DNA of 64,000 nucleotides from Candidatus Saccharimonadales bacterium (GTDB lineage Bacteria; Patescibacteriota; Saccharimonadia; Saccharimonadales; SZUA-47): NCBI GenBank assembly GCA_041737385.1, contig JBGSRU010000002.1, positions 461,437 to 525,436 of the forward strand, read 5' to 3'. Shown piece by piece: positions 1 to 9,243 of this stretch (position 1 is its first letter; each line of letters starts with the position of its first letter). The notes under the pieces were generated by a model. It saw only the letters and a program-made list of their open reading frames with translations, ran no database searches and was not told where the DNA came from. The position numbers and the translations under genes were made by a program.

Positions 1-167
1 ATTGTTTTAAGAGCTTTTTGTGCATGAGCATGTACAGCTGTCCCTTTTTCAGCCTGTAGCTCCGCCAGCTGTGCAATTGCAACAAGCGGTTGCTTGAGCT
101 CTTCGCCCAATAGTAGCAACAGTTCTTGTTCCTGACTCTTATAAGCCGTTGGTGTAACCCTCTTCAC
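1..167 (-). CDS. hypothetical protein, partial (N-terminal 55 codons; gene runs off the left edge)
   Basis: Minus-strand open frame from GTG at 165-167 (in-frame TAG just upstream at 168-170) to position 1: VKRVTPTAYKSQEQELLLLLGEELKQPLVAIAQLAELQAEKGTAVHAHAQKALKT. Missing from the ORF track only because the window truncates it. No family recognised. Confidence 0.3.
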   Translation of the reverse strand, partial: MKRVTPTAYKSQEQELLLLLGEELKQPLVAIAQLAELQAEKGTAVHAHAQKALKT

Positions 168-225
168 TAGATAAATTATACGCTAGGTATCAACTGGTTG
201 ACTATGTAGTTTTTACCGCGCTCCG

Positions 226-924
226 TTATGGGATAAAATTGATGCTTGCTGCAACTTTTTCAAAATCTGGAGCAAATTCTGCTGACTCAGTCCAGAACTT
301 GAAGGTTTTATCTCTTTGTGGCAAGAGTATCATGACACCCTGTTTGTCGGTTGCAATTTCACCAACCGCTCGGATTCCAAGTGCGTCAGGAACATTTACT
401 AGTCTGAAAGCAGTGATTGTAACTTTTCCTTTTTCGGCAAGCTTCTGGATTTTTTCTACTTCAGAGTCATAGGAGGCTGCAAGTATTTGTGCGCGCAACG
501 CGAAGTTATTTTCTTTTGCGAAGCCTGCAATCACATTTGGGTGCCCGAAGAAATCGAGAATAGTGCCGCTTGTCTTCTCTTCTAAATAAATACTCCACGT
601 CTTCGGATAGGAAAAAGAAAGCGATCCGAATGTCGCAGTACCAGAATATGTTTTAAATGGTTCTTTTTCACGTTCTGCGAACTCTACTTCTTTTGCAGAT
701 TCAGATTTCTGCACGGCGACCTCAGAAGCGGCTTCTATCTTCGTGTCGAGGTTCGACTGGTTGTCCTGCATGCCTATGAATGCCCACACCCCAAAGCTTG
801 CGGCTGCGATGAAAGCAACGGTCATTAATATAGCGACTATCAATGGTCCACGTGATTGATGCGTTGGCAACACGACACCCTGAGGGTTATGGAAGTCTTG
901 ATTCGGATTCATAAGCACTATCAT
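226..924 (-). CDS. hypothetical membrane-anchored protein
   Basis: 232-aa ORF with a single N-terminal TM helix (LIVAILMTVAFIAAASFGVWAFIG) followed by a soluble domain. Start could be ATG 924 or ATG 912. No family recognised. Confidence 0.55.
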   Translation of the reverse strand: MIVLMNPNQDFHNPQGVVLPTHQSRGPLIVAILMTVAFIAAASFGVWAFIGMQDNQSNLDTKIEAASEVAVQKSESAKEVEFAEREKEPFKTYSGTATFGSLSFSYPKTWSIYLEEKTSGTILDFFGHPNVIAGFAKENNFALRAQILAASYDSEVEKIQKLAEKGKVTITAFRLVNVPDALGIRAVGEIATDKQGVMILLPQRDKTFKFWTESAEFAPDFEKVAASINFIP

Positions 925-945
925 ACTGTAGACTACAGTGATATA

Positions 946-1449
946 TCAAGGTCTTAACGACTTATAAATATAGAGACTCAGGCCTTTTTTTGTTTTAAAG
1001 GGCTTTTTATTCTCAATTGTGAAGCCGAAGCTAACGAGTTTGTAGTTTTTACCTTTTGAATATTGAATAATCTTTTTATCCAACTTATTCATAAATTTTT
1101 GTAATAAAAACACGTACATTCCATCTGATTCTGGCCATTTTACTTGCCAAAAATCACCCCATCTAACAGATACAAACTTCCGGTATTTCCAGTAGCGAAT
1201 CTTGGTCCAGATCACCAATAGTGGGTTGAGCTCATACCCGACTGAGTATATGCCACGACGGGCGGCCGCGGCCAAAAAACGGCCATCGCCAGATCCAAGC
1301 TCTAGCAGTGTTTGGCCTTCTTTTAAATCGAGGAGTTCTAGAGCATCTTCTATTTGTTTTTTTAGCGTTGGTAAATACGGCGCACCGCGAAAAATAACAA
1401 AAGCAAATAATGAAAATATAACACTACCGATAACGAATAGCATGTTCAT
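946..1449 (-). CDS. small class I SAM-dependent methyltransferase with N-terminal TM helix
   Basis: SAM-binding motif I LLELGSGDGRFLAAAARRG. Start overlaps the xseB stop (1446-1449). Confidence 0.7.
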   Translation of the reverse strand: MNMLFVIGSVIFSLFAFVIFRGAPYLPTLKKQIEDALELLDLKEGQTLLELGSGDGRFLAAAARRGIYSVGYELNPLLVIWTKIRYWKYRKFVSVRWGDFWQVKWPESDGMYVFLLQKFMNKLDKKIIQYSKGKNYKLVSFGFTIENKKPFKTKKGLSLYIYKSLRP

Positions 1450-1637
1450 GAGTGATTTTTTATTTTATTGAGCGTTATTTCAGCTTTTTTGAGGTGGTTT
1501 TCTAGTGCCGCAATCAAAGCGGTGCCCTTTTCGTAATCTTTGAGTAGTGCATCTACGTCTTCGTGCTCAGATTGCTCAAAGGACTGGATAACAACTTCTA
1601 ACTCATCTTGTAATTGTTTGTATGGTTTTGTGCTCAT
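1446..1637 (-). CDS. xseB: exodeoxyribonuclease VII small subunit
   Basis: 63-aa helical protein directly downstream of xseA (4-nt gap), with typical XseB size and heptad pattern (YKQLQDELEVVIQSFEQ...ALENHLKKAE). Confidence 0.8.
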   Translation of the reverse strand: MSTKPYKQLQDELEVVIQSFEQSEHEDVDALLKDYEKGTALIAALENHLKKAEITLNKIKNHS

Positions 1638-1641
1638 TGTG

Positions 1642-2784
1642 TTATTTCACTCCTTTTTTAGTATATTGTACAATTTTCGATACGCTAGCTTCTACTTCAC
1701 CGCTATATAATTCGACAGTGATGTGGTCATCTGGGTGTAGTTTCGTCACGTCTTTCACGAGTGCATCGTTATGTTTTATGAGGCCATAGCCTCGCTTCAA
1801 CACTTGTTTGGGGTGATAACTCTCAAGGCGTAGTGTAGCCGTATGGAGTCCAGCCAAACGTTCGTTCAACCACTGCTCAGATGAACTATAGATATAACTG
1901 CGCTGCTGATCCAACGCTAGCCGTCTACTCTTTATTTCTTCTTCTATAATCTTTGACAAAAATAACTTACGTCGACGCAATGATTCCTTTACAGAAGTAT
2001 AGTCTGGGACGAGTAATTCAGCTGCGTTGCTCGGAGTGCTTGCTCTCTGGTCTGCGGCAAGCTCTGCCAAGCTAACATCAACTTCGTGACCTATAGCGAC
2101 AATTGTTGGCACCCTACTTGCTGCAACAGCACGCGTCACAGACTCAGTGCTGAAGGCACTTAAATCATCAGTACTTCCACCACCTCGTATCAACACGAGC
2201 ACTTCTGGCTGTTTCGATTGTTCATTGACTGCATGAATTGCGCGAACAACATCTGTCTCGGCTTGTGTACCTTGTACGTGGACTTCGTAGTGGTCGATTG
2301 TCATATACGGCCAGCGTGATTTTAGAATCTTCATAAAATCGCCATAGGCTGCTGAATCTCCCGACGCTACCAGTGCAATATGCTGTGGTGGATACGGTAG
2401 TAGCCGTTTTCTATCTTCGTCAAACAACCCTTCTTTGGCGAGTTTTTCTTGAAGCAGTTTCGCTGATTTTTTGATACTTCCCTCGCCAACCGGTCGGATG
2501 CTTTGCACATTTAAACTAAATCCATACAAATTATGTAGTCGTGGTTGCGCAATAACTTCAACGATCATTCCATCTTCAAGTGGTGTTTTAATCTGGAAAA
2601 CGGTTCCAAAGCATTTTAGTTTTGAGCTTGCATCTTTAATGTCAAAATATAGCCACTTGCCCTTAGACACACGGAGCTCTGACAGCTCTCCAACGATTAC
2701 CATCGAGGGAAATGCATACTCAAATGTCTGGTTTAAGACTGCAACTGCTCCAGTCACATCAAATATGGGTAGCTCGCTAGTCAT
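1642..2784 (-). CDS. xseA: exodeoxyribonuclease VII large subunit
   Basis: N-terminal OB fold (VIVGELSELRVSKGKWLYFDIKD) and catalytic core IRGGGSTDDLSAFSTESVTRAV...IVAIGHEVDVSLAELAADQRASTPSNAAELL. Start placed at ATG 2784 (MTSELPIF...) rather than track start 2817. Confidence 0.85.
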   Translation of the reverse strand: MTSELPIFDVTGAVAVLNQTFEYAFPSMVIVGELSELRVSKGKWLYFDIKDASSKLKCFGTVFQIKTPLEDGMIVEVIAQPRLHNLYGFSLNVQSIRPVGEGSIKKSAKLLQEKLAKEGLFDEDRKRLLPYPPQHIALVASGDSAAYGDFMKILKSRWPYMTIDHYEVHVQGTQAETDVVRAIHAVNEQSKQPEVLVLIRGGGSTDDLSAFSTESVTRAVAASRVPTIVAIGHEVDVSLAELAADQRASTPSNAAELLVPDYTSVKESLRRRKLFLSKIIEEEIKSRRLALDQQRSYIYSSSEQWLNERLAGLHTATLRLESYHPKQVLKRGYGLIKHNDALVKDVTKLHPDDHITVELYSGEVEASVSKIVQYTKKGVK

Positions 2785-3844
2785 TTTCCTCGGCTGATTC
2801 TTCAAGCATCGCTTCAATCTTGTGATTTTTGTCTTGCTTTATTGCTCGTTGGTAGAAAATATAGCCGATCGGTAGAAAAATACCCATGTTAAACACTCTA
2901 TATACAAGCGTTGCTGATAGTGCCAGCGCCTCACGGATGCCTGCGCTCGCCATCACACCTGTCATCAGACCTTCGTAGACACCCACGCCGCCCGGAAGTA
3001 CCGCAACTAGCCCGGCGACATTTGCGACTGCATACGAAATTATAATTGCACCTGGGTTAACGATTTCAGCAAATGACAAATAGACAATAAATATTGTCAG
3101 CACTTCCGTGAAGTTCATCATCATCGTCCAGAAGAATGGATGACGAAGATCTTGCCAGTTTTTACGCACGTGTTTATAGTCTTTATGCAAATCGACAAAT
3201 AAGTTTTCTATCTTTGCTATGTTAATAGGCTTACTGCTCTTACGATGGAAAAAATTAATAACACTGTTGATAAGTCTTGGAAGTGCTGCGGTGAAACTTT
3301 TGATTCTTGACTCATCACTGATGATATATACGAGCGCTAAAGTACCAAAAATAATGACTGATGATAGTGTGCTGGCTAGCAAGATAATTATCCTACTGGC
3401 TGAACCAAACAGAGACAAAAGCAGTAAAGCCAGTATAAGATAGACGATGAATGATAGAAACGTGAGTATGTGTCTGGACGTCTGAAGGAGCGTAGATTTT
3501 GAACCTCTGACTCCAAGTTTACCGAGCCTAATGCCGAGATAACCAAACCCGCTCACTCCACCGGACGGGAAGACATTATTCACAAAATTCATCTCGAGAC
3601 TGACTTTGATAAGCTCTTTTGTGGGAAGTTTTTCGCCGAGTGTAGACAAATAACTTTGATAGAATTTCGCAACTGAAAAATGATTGAACAGTTGTACTGG
3701 TATGATGAGCACCAGCCAGGAGAGGTTCAGATTGGCAAATGTTTTAAAAGCATCCACTATCTGCTCTCTGGCGAACACAACGAGCAACAACAAAGCCACT
3801 GTCGTTACACCGTTAATCCAAAATTTAATCGACTTACTATTCAT
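2777..3844 (-). CDS. multi-pass membrane protein, UPF0104 / lysyl-phosphatidylglycerol-synthase-TM (flippase-like) family
   Basis: 355 aa with about 8 hydrophobic segments. The conserved C-terminal region VANVAGLVAVLPGGVGVYEGLMTGVM is typical of this family. Confidence 0.6.
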   Translation of the reverse strand: MNSKSIKFWINGVTTVALLLLVVFAREQIVDAFKTFANLNLSWLVLIIPVQLFNHFSVAKFYQSYLSTLGEKLPTKELIKVSLEMNFVNNVFPSGGVSGFGYLGIRLGKLGVRGSKSTLLQTSRHILTFLSFIVYLILALLLLSLFGSASRIIILLASTLSSVIIFGTLALVYIISDESRIKSFTAALPRLINSVINFFHRKSSKPINIAKIENLFVDLHKDYKHVRKNWQDLRHPFFWTMMMNFTEVLTIFIVYLSFAEIVNPGAIIISYAVANVAGLVAVLPGGVGVYEGLMTGVMASAGIREALALSATLVYRVFNMGIFLPIGYIFYQRAIKQDKNHKIEAMLEESAEEND

Positions 3845-3865
3845 TCCCCCATATAATACCAGTTA

Positions 3866-5128
3866 ATGAGTTTCAATCCGCTATCAATAGCAATCCTTGG
3901 AAGACAACCAGAGCTCGGTATCGCTGAGCTTGAAAGTCTCTATGGCGATGCACATATACTCCCATTCGGTGATCAGGCTTGTCTTCTCGATATTGAGACC
4001 TCTCAGATAGATTTTAAGAGGCTTGGTGGTTCAGTTAGAGTGGCAAAGCTAGTGACGACACTTCCTCATAGTTGGACTGATATCGAAAACTACCTTATAT
4101 CGTCAACACCTGAGCGTGCAGCCTCGATAGACGGGAAACTATCATTTGGCATCAGTGTCTATGGAGTAAATGTGACACCGCGGAAAATTGCCAAGACTGC
4201 CCTGCTTTTGAAGAAAGCCATCAAATCTAGCGGACAGTCTGTGAGAATGGTGCCGCATGACAAATCAGACCTTAGCGCTGCAACCGTGCTGTATAACAAA
4301 CTAACTGCCAAAAACGGTTGGGAGCTACTTGTGGTCTCTGATGGTGTAACGACTTATTTAGCCCAAACCACGAATATCCAAGACATCGACGCCTATGCAG
4401 CCCGCGATCAAGCAAGGCCTAAACGTGACGCAAAAGTTGGCATGCTCCCACCGAAACTCGCACAGATTATCGTCAATCTAGCCGTGGGCAAGGTTGACAG
4501 ACCGGAGAAAGAAGAAAGTAGACTGGAGATGACAGCAGTAGAACCATCTTCCATCCCCTATCCTCAGTCCCCTATCCTAATTCTTGATCCGTTCTGCGGT
4601 ACCGGTGTGACGCTTCAGGAAGCGATGCTCATGGATTACGACATCTACGGAACCGATATCGAACCACGAATGATTGAGTACACAATTGAAAATCTTAAGT
4701 GGCTTGATAGCAAGTTCCCCGATGTCGGTGATTATCGCCGAATAGAAATCGGTGACGCCACCACGCATAAATGGGATTTTAGTAAAACCGATTCGACTGT
4801 AGTCGTTGCTGGCGAAACGTTTTTAGGCCAACCTCTCACCTCACTCCCTGCCGGTGAACATTTGAGTAAAATTATTTATGAAGCCAACCTTATTAACCAT
4901 AAATTTATCCTTAATATTTTTAAACAACTACCCGCCAAAACAAGATTGTGTCTTGCTGTGCCGACTTGGCGAGGAAAACATGAGTTTGTACATTTGCCGA
5001 TGCTTGACCATTTAACAGAGATGGGCTATACTGTTGTGAGATTTAAGCATGTTGGTAATAAGGATCTTATCTATCATCGTGAGAACCAAGTGGTAGGACG
5101 CGAACTGCTGGTACTAGAAAAGCGTTAA
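3866..5128 (+). CDS. putative RNA methyltransferase (UPF0020/Trm11-like)
   Basis: 420 aa with SAM motif I LDPFCGTGVTLQEAMLMDYDIYGTDIE after an N-terminal domain of about 230 aa. Substrate not assignable. Confidence 0.5.
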   Translation: MSFNPLSIAILGRQPELGIAELESLYGDAHILPFGDQACLLDIETSQIDFKRLGGSVRVAKLVTTLPHSWTDIENYLISSTPERAASIDGKLSFGISVYGVNVTPRKIAKTALLLKKAIKSSGQSVRMVPHDKSDLSAATVLYNKLTAKNGWELLVVSDGVTTYLAQTTNIQDIDAYAARDQARPKRDAKVGMLPPKLAQIIVNLAVGKVDRPEKEESRLEMTAVEPSSIPYPQSPILILDPFCGTGVTLQEAMLMDYDIYGTDIEPRMIEYTIENLKWLDSKFPDVGDYRRIEIGDATTHKWDFSKTDSTVVVAGETFLGQPLTSLPAGEHLSKIIYEANLINHKFILNIFKQLPAKTRLCLAVPTWRGKHEFVHLPMLDHLTEMGYTVVRFKHVGNKDLIYHRENQVVGRELLVLEKR

Positions 5129-5143
5129 AGAAAGCAATAAAGT

Positions 5144-5416
5144 ATGTCACATGTAAAAGCTGGCGGTACCAGTAAAAACATCCACGATAGTCCCGGACAA
5201 AGATTAGGTGTTAAACGCTCTGGCGGTCAAAAGGTTCGTGAAGGCGAAGTATTGGTTCGTCAAGTTGGCCAAAACAAACTTTCAGGCAAAGGTACATTCA
5301 TGAGCCGTAACTATACCATTCATGCAGCAAAAGACGGCGTCGTTAACTTTGTGCAACGCCGCAAAAAGAACTTCACCGGCCGAACAGTCCCCCGCACCGA
5401 AGTTATAGTAGAATAA
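5144..5416 (+). CDS. rpmA: 50S ribosomal protein L27
   Basis: MSHVKAGGTSKNIHDSPGQRLGVKRSGGQKV...VRQVG matches the canonical L27 N-terminus (AHKKAGGS..GRDS..KRLGVK). Confidence 0.95.
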   Translation: MSHVKAGGTSKNIHDSPGQRLGVKRSGGQKVREGEVLVRQVGQNKLSGKGTFMSRNYTIHAAKDGVVNFVQRRKKNFTGRTVPRTEVIVE

Positions 5417-5512
5417 TTTATAACTTACTAGTTCTGATTATCAGGATTTTAATCATGTCTACTTTCAGCTAGCGCTTGATACATTTTGTTATCTGGATTA
5501 GACGGGTGACCC

Positions 5513-6946
5513 CTAACCCTTCTTGGGGTCTCCTCTAAAATTATCATGGTTTACAATAACGGGATTACTTCTAGATCCATATTTGTTAGCGTTTGCGTCC
5601 GTTTTATTTGATTTTCTACCAAATTGAAGCCGTTCTTCTAGCGGCCTACTCTTTCTTATAGCTTTTCCCTCAATATCCTCACTTAGGAAGTTGTTACTTA
5701 GTTCAACTATCCGATCTCTGATGCTTATTTTGCCACCTCCTTCAGCATGGATCTTCTTTCTTGAAAGTTCCCCTGCACCGAGCATGTCGATAACCGATAT
5801 TGCATACAGTTTGTAGAAATCCTTTGCTCCGGTTGCTAACGCCTTATTAAACTCCACGTTTCCACTATTAATCAGGCTCTCGACATTTAGCACTCTGTTG
5901 TTTCCTACTGCGTTATCACCACCTTCTTCGAACTGTCTTACGAAACCTGGAAACCTATCACTCGCATATGAAAGTGCATAACGAAACGACTCATCTTTTG
6001 CTCCATCTTCAACAATCTGTGTCCGCTCAATATTCAACCCCCGTGCATTGGCGTATACATCATCGAACCACATGGCTTGATTGCCATCTAGACCTTCAAG
6101 TGCTTTATCAGTTAGACCATAGTAACGTCCTGCGTGTTGACTATAGTCCAAACTTCCCAACTGAGCATTGTATTTTGTTATATCACTTTTTGTGTACACA
6201 CTGCTAACTGCTATTTTATACATTTCTGGATCATTTTTTGCAAAGCTACCAATTTCTACAGTTCGAGCGCCATCCTCAGCGCTTGTTCTGTTTGTGCTCG
6301 CTCCTAAAATCTTGAATGCTTCATCATCGGGCGTGACTCCTGCGCTAAGCTCGCTATAAAGTTGCCTAGAGACCCTTCCATTTCCATCGTCAAAAGGATG
6401 AGCAATAACAAAACCGCCAGCGAGTATCAGTGCCGCATCCTGGACATCTATTGCTTCTTTTGCGGAATCAAATGCATACTGCAGAACTGCCATCGAGTCG
6501 TCTGGCGCAGGATATATATGTGGCACTCGACCTTTAGTAACAGCGTACCTACTACTCGTAGTAAACCCGTGGTTCACTGGAGCATCCTCTGTATTTACTT
6601 TAATGGCTTCACGATTCATGAAGCGTATTCTGTCCAAGAAATCTCTACTAGACATTTTCTTAAGAGACTGAAAACGTTCTTGTTCATTACCGTATCCAAA
6701 TACCTCTGTAGACATTTCAGAAATATTTCGACCCTCTGGATCCTCAAGAAGAGATATTCTGATATCAGCTTTTGCAAGTAAGGAGGCGCCTACCGATCGG
6801 ACGGCTTGCTCTCTACCGTTTATGAGTTGTTCAGGCGTTCGAAAACTATCTATTAAACCTTCTTCATTATAGCCAAATCTAAACTCACCAAGTTGTGCGG
6901 GCGATGCTGATAAAGATCCATCGGTGATAACTGACGCTTCTGACAT
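5513..6946 (-). CDS. Fic/DOC-domain protein (putative AMPylase) with long C-terminal extension
   Basis: Canonical Fic motif HPFDDGNGRVSR (HxFx[D/E]GNGRxxR) encoded near 6370-6405. Start placed at ATG 6946 (MSEASVITDG...) because the track start 7015 lies inside the predicted promoter. 477 aa. Confidence 0.8.
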   Translation of the reverse strand: MSEASVITDGSLSASPAQLGEFRFGYNEEGLIDSFRTPEQLINGREQAVRSVGASLLAKADIRISLLEDPEGRNISEMSTEVFGYGNEQERFQSLKKMSSRDFLDRIRFMNREAIKVNTEDAPVNHGFTTSSRYAVTKGRVPHIYPAPDDSMAVLQYAFDSAKEAIDVQDAALILAGGFVIAHPFDDGNGRVSRQLYSELSAGVTPDDEAFKILGASTNRTSAEDGARTVEIGSFAKNDPEMYKIAVSSVYTKSDITKYNAQLGSLDYSQHAGRYYGLTDKALEGLDGNQAMWFDDVYANARGLNIERTQIVEDGAKDESFRYALSYASDRFPGFVRQFEEGGDNAVGNNRVLNVESLINSGNVEFNKALATGAKDFYKLYAISVIDMLGAGELSRKKIHAEGGGKISIRDRIVELSNNFLSEDIEGKAIRKSRPLEERLQFGRKSNKTDANANKYGSRSNPVIVNHDNFRGDPKKG

Positions 6947-6986
6947 TTTTTTCTTTGGTTGTTTGTTTTTACTGTTTACAGATATA

Positions 6987-7015
6987 AATATAGCAGAAAA
7001 TTGCATAAATGTCAA
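6987..7015 (-). promoter_or_regulatory. sigma70-type promoter of the Fic gene
   Basis: Minus strand reads TTGACA (7015-7010), a 17-nt spacer, then TATATT (6992-6987). An A-rich leader of about 35 nt without a Shine-Dalgarno follows. Confidence 0.55.
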
Positions 7016-7028
7016 TGTTAATTAGCAA

Positions 7029-7050
7029 TAAAAAAAGACCTTTCGGCCTC
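7029..7050 (-). terminator. intrinsic terminator after the pyrG / response-regulator transcript
   Basis: Minus strand reads GAGGCC-GAAA-GGTCTT (includes G-U pairs) followed by TTTTTTT, 30 nt after the stop at 7082. Confidence 0.55.
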
Positions 7051-7081
7051 TTTTCATAGAATTTTATGTTGCTTGTAGCTG

Positions 7082-7471
7082 TTACATTCCGAGATGGTGC
7101 TTGACGCGTTCAACAACGTCAGCTATGACAACTTGAGATTTTACTAAATAGTCATCAACACCGAGATCTGTTGCTCGTTGCTTATCTGCTTCTTGTGATA
7201 GTGCCGTTAGCATGACAACACGTACATTGACTGTTTCTGGTGTGTTACGCAAAATATCGAGGACATCGAAGCCTGATACTTTTGGCATCATAACGTCGAG
7301 TAATATGATGTCTGGGTGGAACTCTAGCGTCGCTGAGAGAGCCTCTTCTCCGTTTGGAACACGCTTTACAACGAAGCCTTCTGCTTCAAAACGCGTCAGA
7401 TAGACGCTAGCGAGGCTATCGTCATCTTCTACTAATAGTACTTTTTTGGTGGTTTTGTTTGTATCATCCAT
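7082..7471 (-). CDS. stand-alone response regulator receiver (CheY-like) protein
   Basis: KKVLLVEDDDSLASVY...PDIILLDVMMPKVSGFDVL...VVMLTA carries the REC acidic pocket and phospho-acceptor Asp, with no output domain. Start placed at ATG 7471 (MDDTNKTTKK). Confidence 0.8.
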   Translation of the reverse strand: MDDTNKTTKKVLLVEDDDSLASVYLTRFEAEGFVVKRVPNGEEALSATLEFHPDIILLDVMMPKVSGFDVLDILRNTPETVNVRVVMLTALSQEADKQRATDLGVDDYLVKSQVVIADVVERVKHHLGM

Positions 7472-7542
7472 AGTGCTTATGCTAGCATATTTGACACTAA
7501 AAATCAATGACAGTATGCGAAAGAAGTTAAATCTTTATTATT

Positions 7543-9153
7543 TTATTTGTTGACGCTGTGAATAATCGCTTTCATAAACCCAGCAAACATCGGATGCGGT
7601 TTATTTGGTCGCGAAGCGAGCTCTGGATGAGCTTGAGTCGCGAGGAAAAATGGGTGGTTAATGGCTTCGATGATTTCGACTAGCTTATTATCTGGTGATG
7701 TTCCCGATGCTTGAATTCCCCATTTTTTATACTCGTCTCTATAGGCATTATTACACTCATAGCGGTGTCGGTGACGTTCTTGGATGTTATTGGTGCCGTA
7801 GACAAGCTCAGCAAGGCTGCCAGTAACAATCTTGCACGGATAATTTCCAAGTCGCATCGTGCCGCCCATTTTGTCGATATATTTTTGATCTTCCATAATA
7901 TGTATGACAGGATCTGGCGTATCAGGATCAAGCTCGACAGTATTTGCTTTCGTTAGGCCAGCGTTTCGGGCAGCTGCAATCACTCCCATCTGTAGCCCCA
8001 AACAGAGACCGAGATATGGTACTTTGTTGTTAAGCGCGTATTGAGCTGCCACTATCTTTCCTTCTAAACCACGCTTGCCAAATCCTCCAGGTACGACGAT
8101 TCCATCAACATGTTTAAGCATCGCTTCTGCATTTTCTGGAGTAATTTTCTCAGCATCAACCCAATCGATTTCAACTTGATGGTTTCGTGCCCACGCAGCA
8201 GCTTTCAACGCTTCAAACACTGACATATAGGTGTCTTGATTGTTGAGGTATTTTGCAACAACACCGACTTTTATGATTGGAGCATTTTCGTCTAAGGCTC
8301 TATCGACAAGTTCTGACCATTTTTTGAGGTTAGGCTTGCCTTTAAGATTAAGCTTTTGGGTTATGACACCACCTATACCTCTATCCTCAAGTGTCAAAGG
8401 CACCTGATAAATAGATTTTGCATTTGGTAGTAGTACGATTGCCTCTTCTTCTACACCACTAAATAAACTCAGCTTCTTAATGGCTTCGATTGGTGGCTCA
8501 AACTCACTGCGGGCCACGAGCACATCAGGAACGATTCCAAGTCCTCTTAGCTCACGAACAGCGTTTTGTGCTGGTTTCGTCTTCAATTCGCCGCTCGCAC
8601 CTAAATACGGTAGATAGACAACGTGTACAAACAAACAGTTCTCACGACCTACCTGCATGGCGAGTTCGCGGATCGCTTCAATAAAGCTAAGTCCCTCATA
8701 GTCCCCGACTGTTCCACCAATTTCAACAATGTGCACATCGAAACCTTCTGCTGTTGCCATGATATTGTCACTCATTGCAGTCGTCACGTGAGGGATAATT
8801 TGTACTGTTTTACCAAGGTATTTGCCAGCTCTCTCGTCTGCAATAACTTGCTGCAGTACTCGTCCACTCATGAGCGAGCTAGACTGCTTCAGCTCAATGT
8901 CCATAAAACGCTCGTAGTGTCCCAGATCAAGGTCTGTTTCTGCTCCATCAACAGTGACAAAACACTCGCCATGCTCACCTGGATTAAGGGTGCCGGCATC
9001 AACGTTTAGATAAGGATCACACTTTTGGATGTTAACCGACAAACCACGACTCTTGAGAATGTTCCCAATAGAAGCAGCTGAGATACCTTTACCAACACCA
9101 GAAAGCACACCACCAGTGACAAATACATATTTAACTTGTCTTTTACTACTCAC
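7543..9153 (-). CDS. pyrG: CTP synthase
   Basis: N-terminal synthetase domain KYVFVTGGVLSGVGKGISAASIG...CDPYLNVDAGT and GATase domain with nucleophile GLCLGLQ. GTG start at 9153. Confidence 0.95.
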   Translation of the reverse strand: MSSKRQVKYVFVTGGVLSGVGKGISAASIGNILKSRGLSVNIQKCDPYLNVDAGTLNPGEHGECFVTVDGAETDLDLGHYERFMDIELKQSSSLMSGRVLQQVIADERAGKYLGKTVQIIPHVTTAMSDNIMATAEGFDVHIVEIGGTVGDYEGLSFIEAIRELAMQVGRENCLFVHVVYLPYLGASGELKTKPAQNAVRELRGLGIVPDVLVARSEFEPPIEAIKKLSLFSGVEEEAIVLLPNAKSIYQVPLTLEDRGIGGVITQKLNLKGKPNLKKWSELVDRALDENAPIIKVGVVAKYLNNQDTYMSVFEALKAAAWARNHQVEIDWVDAEKITPENAEAMLKHVDGIVVPGGFGKRGLEGKIVAAQYALNNKVPYLGLCLGLQMGVIAAARNAGLTKANTVELDPDTPDPVIHIMEDQKYIDKMGGTMRLGNYPCKIVTGSLAELVYGTNNIQERHRHRYECNNAYRDEYKKWGIQASGTSPDNKLVEIIEAINHPFFLATQAHPELASRPNKPHPMFAGFMKAIIHSVNK

Positions 9154-9243
9154 AGCTTCCCTCTCTCTTATACGTACGCTCTTTAACCACTATAGTAGCA
9201 GATTTTGTATGTTCGCGGAAGTAACTTGAGGTTGTTCAATAGA

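Noticed and set aside
6947-7015. N-terminal extensions in the ORF track: Fic 7015, xseA 2817, response regulator 7507, secA 22816, nuclease 25445, tsf 42594, parB 51817, membrane protein 34762
   Set aside because: The track extends to the most upstream ATG/GTG/TTG. The extensions overlap upstream genes or predicted promoters and are absent from canonical family N-termini. Internal ATG starts with better context were chosen instead.
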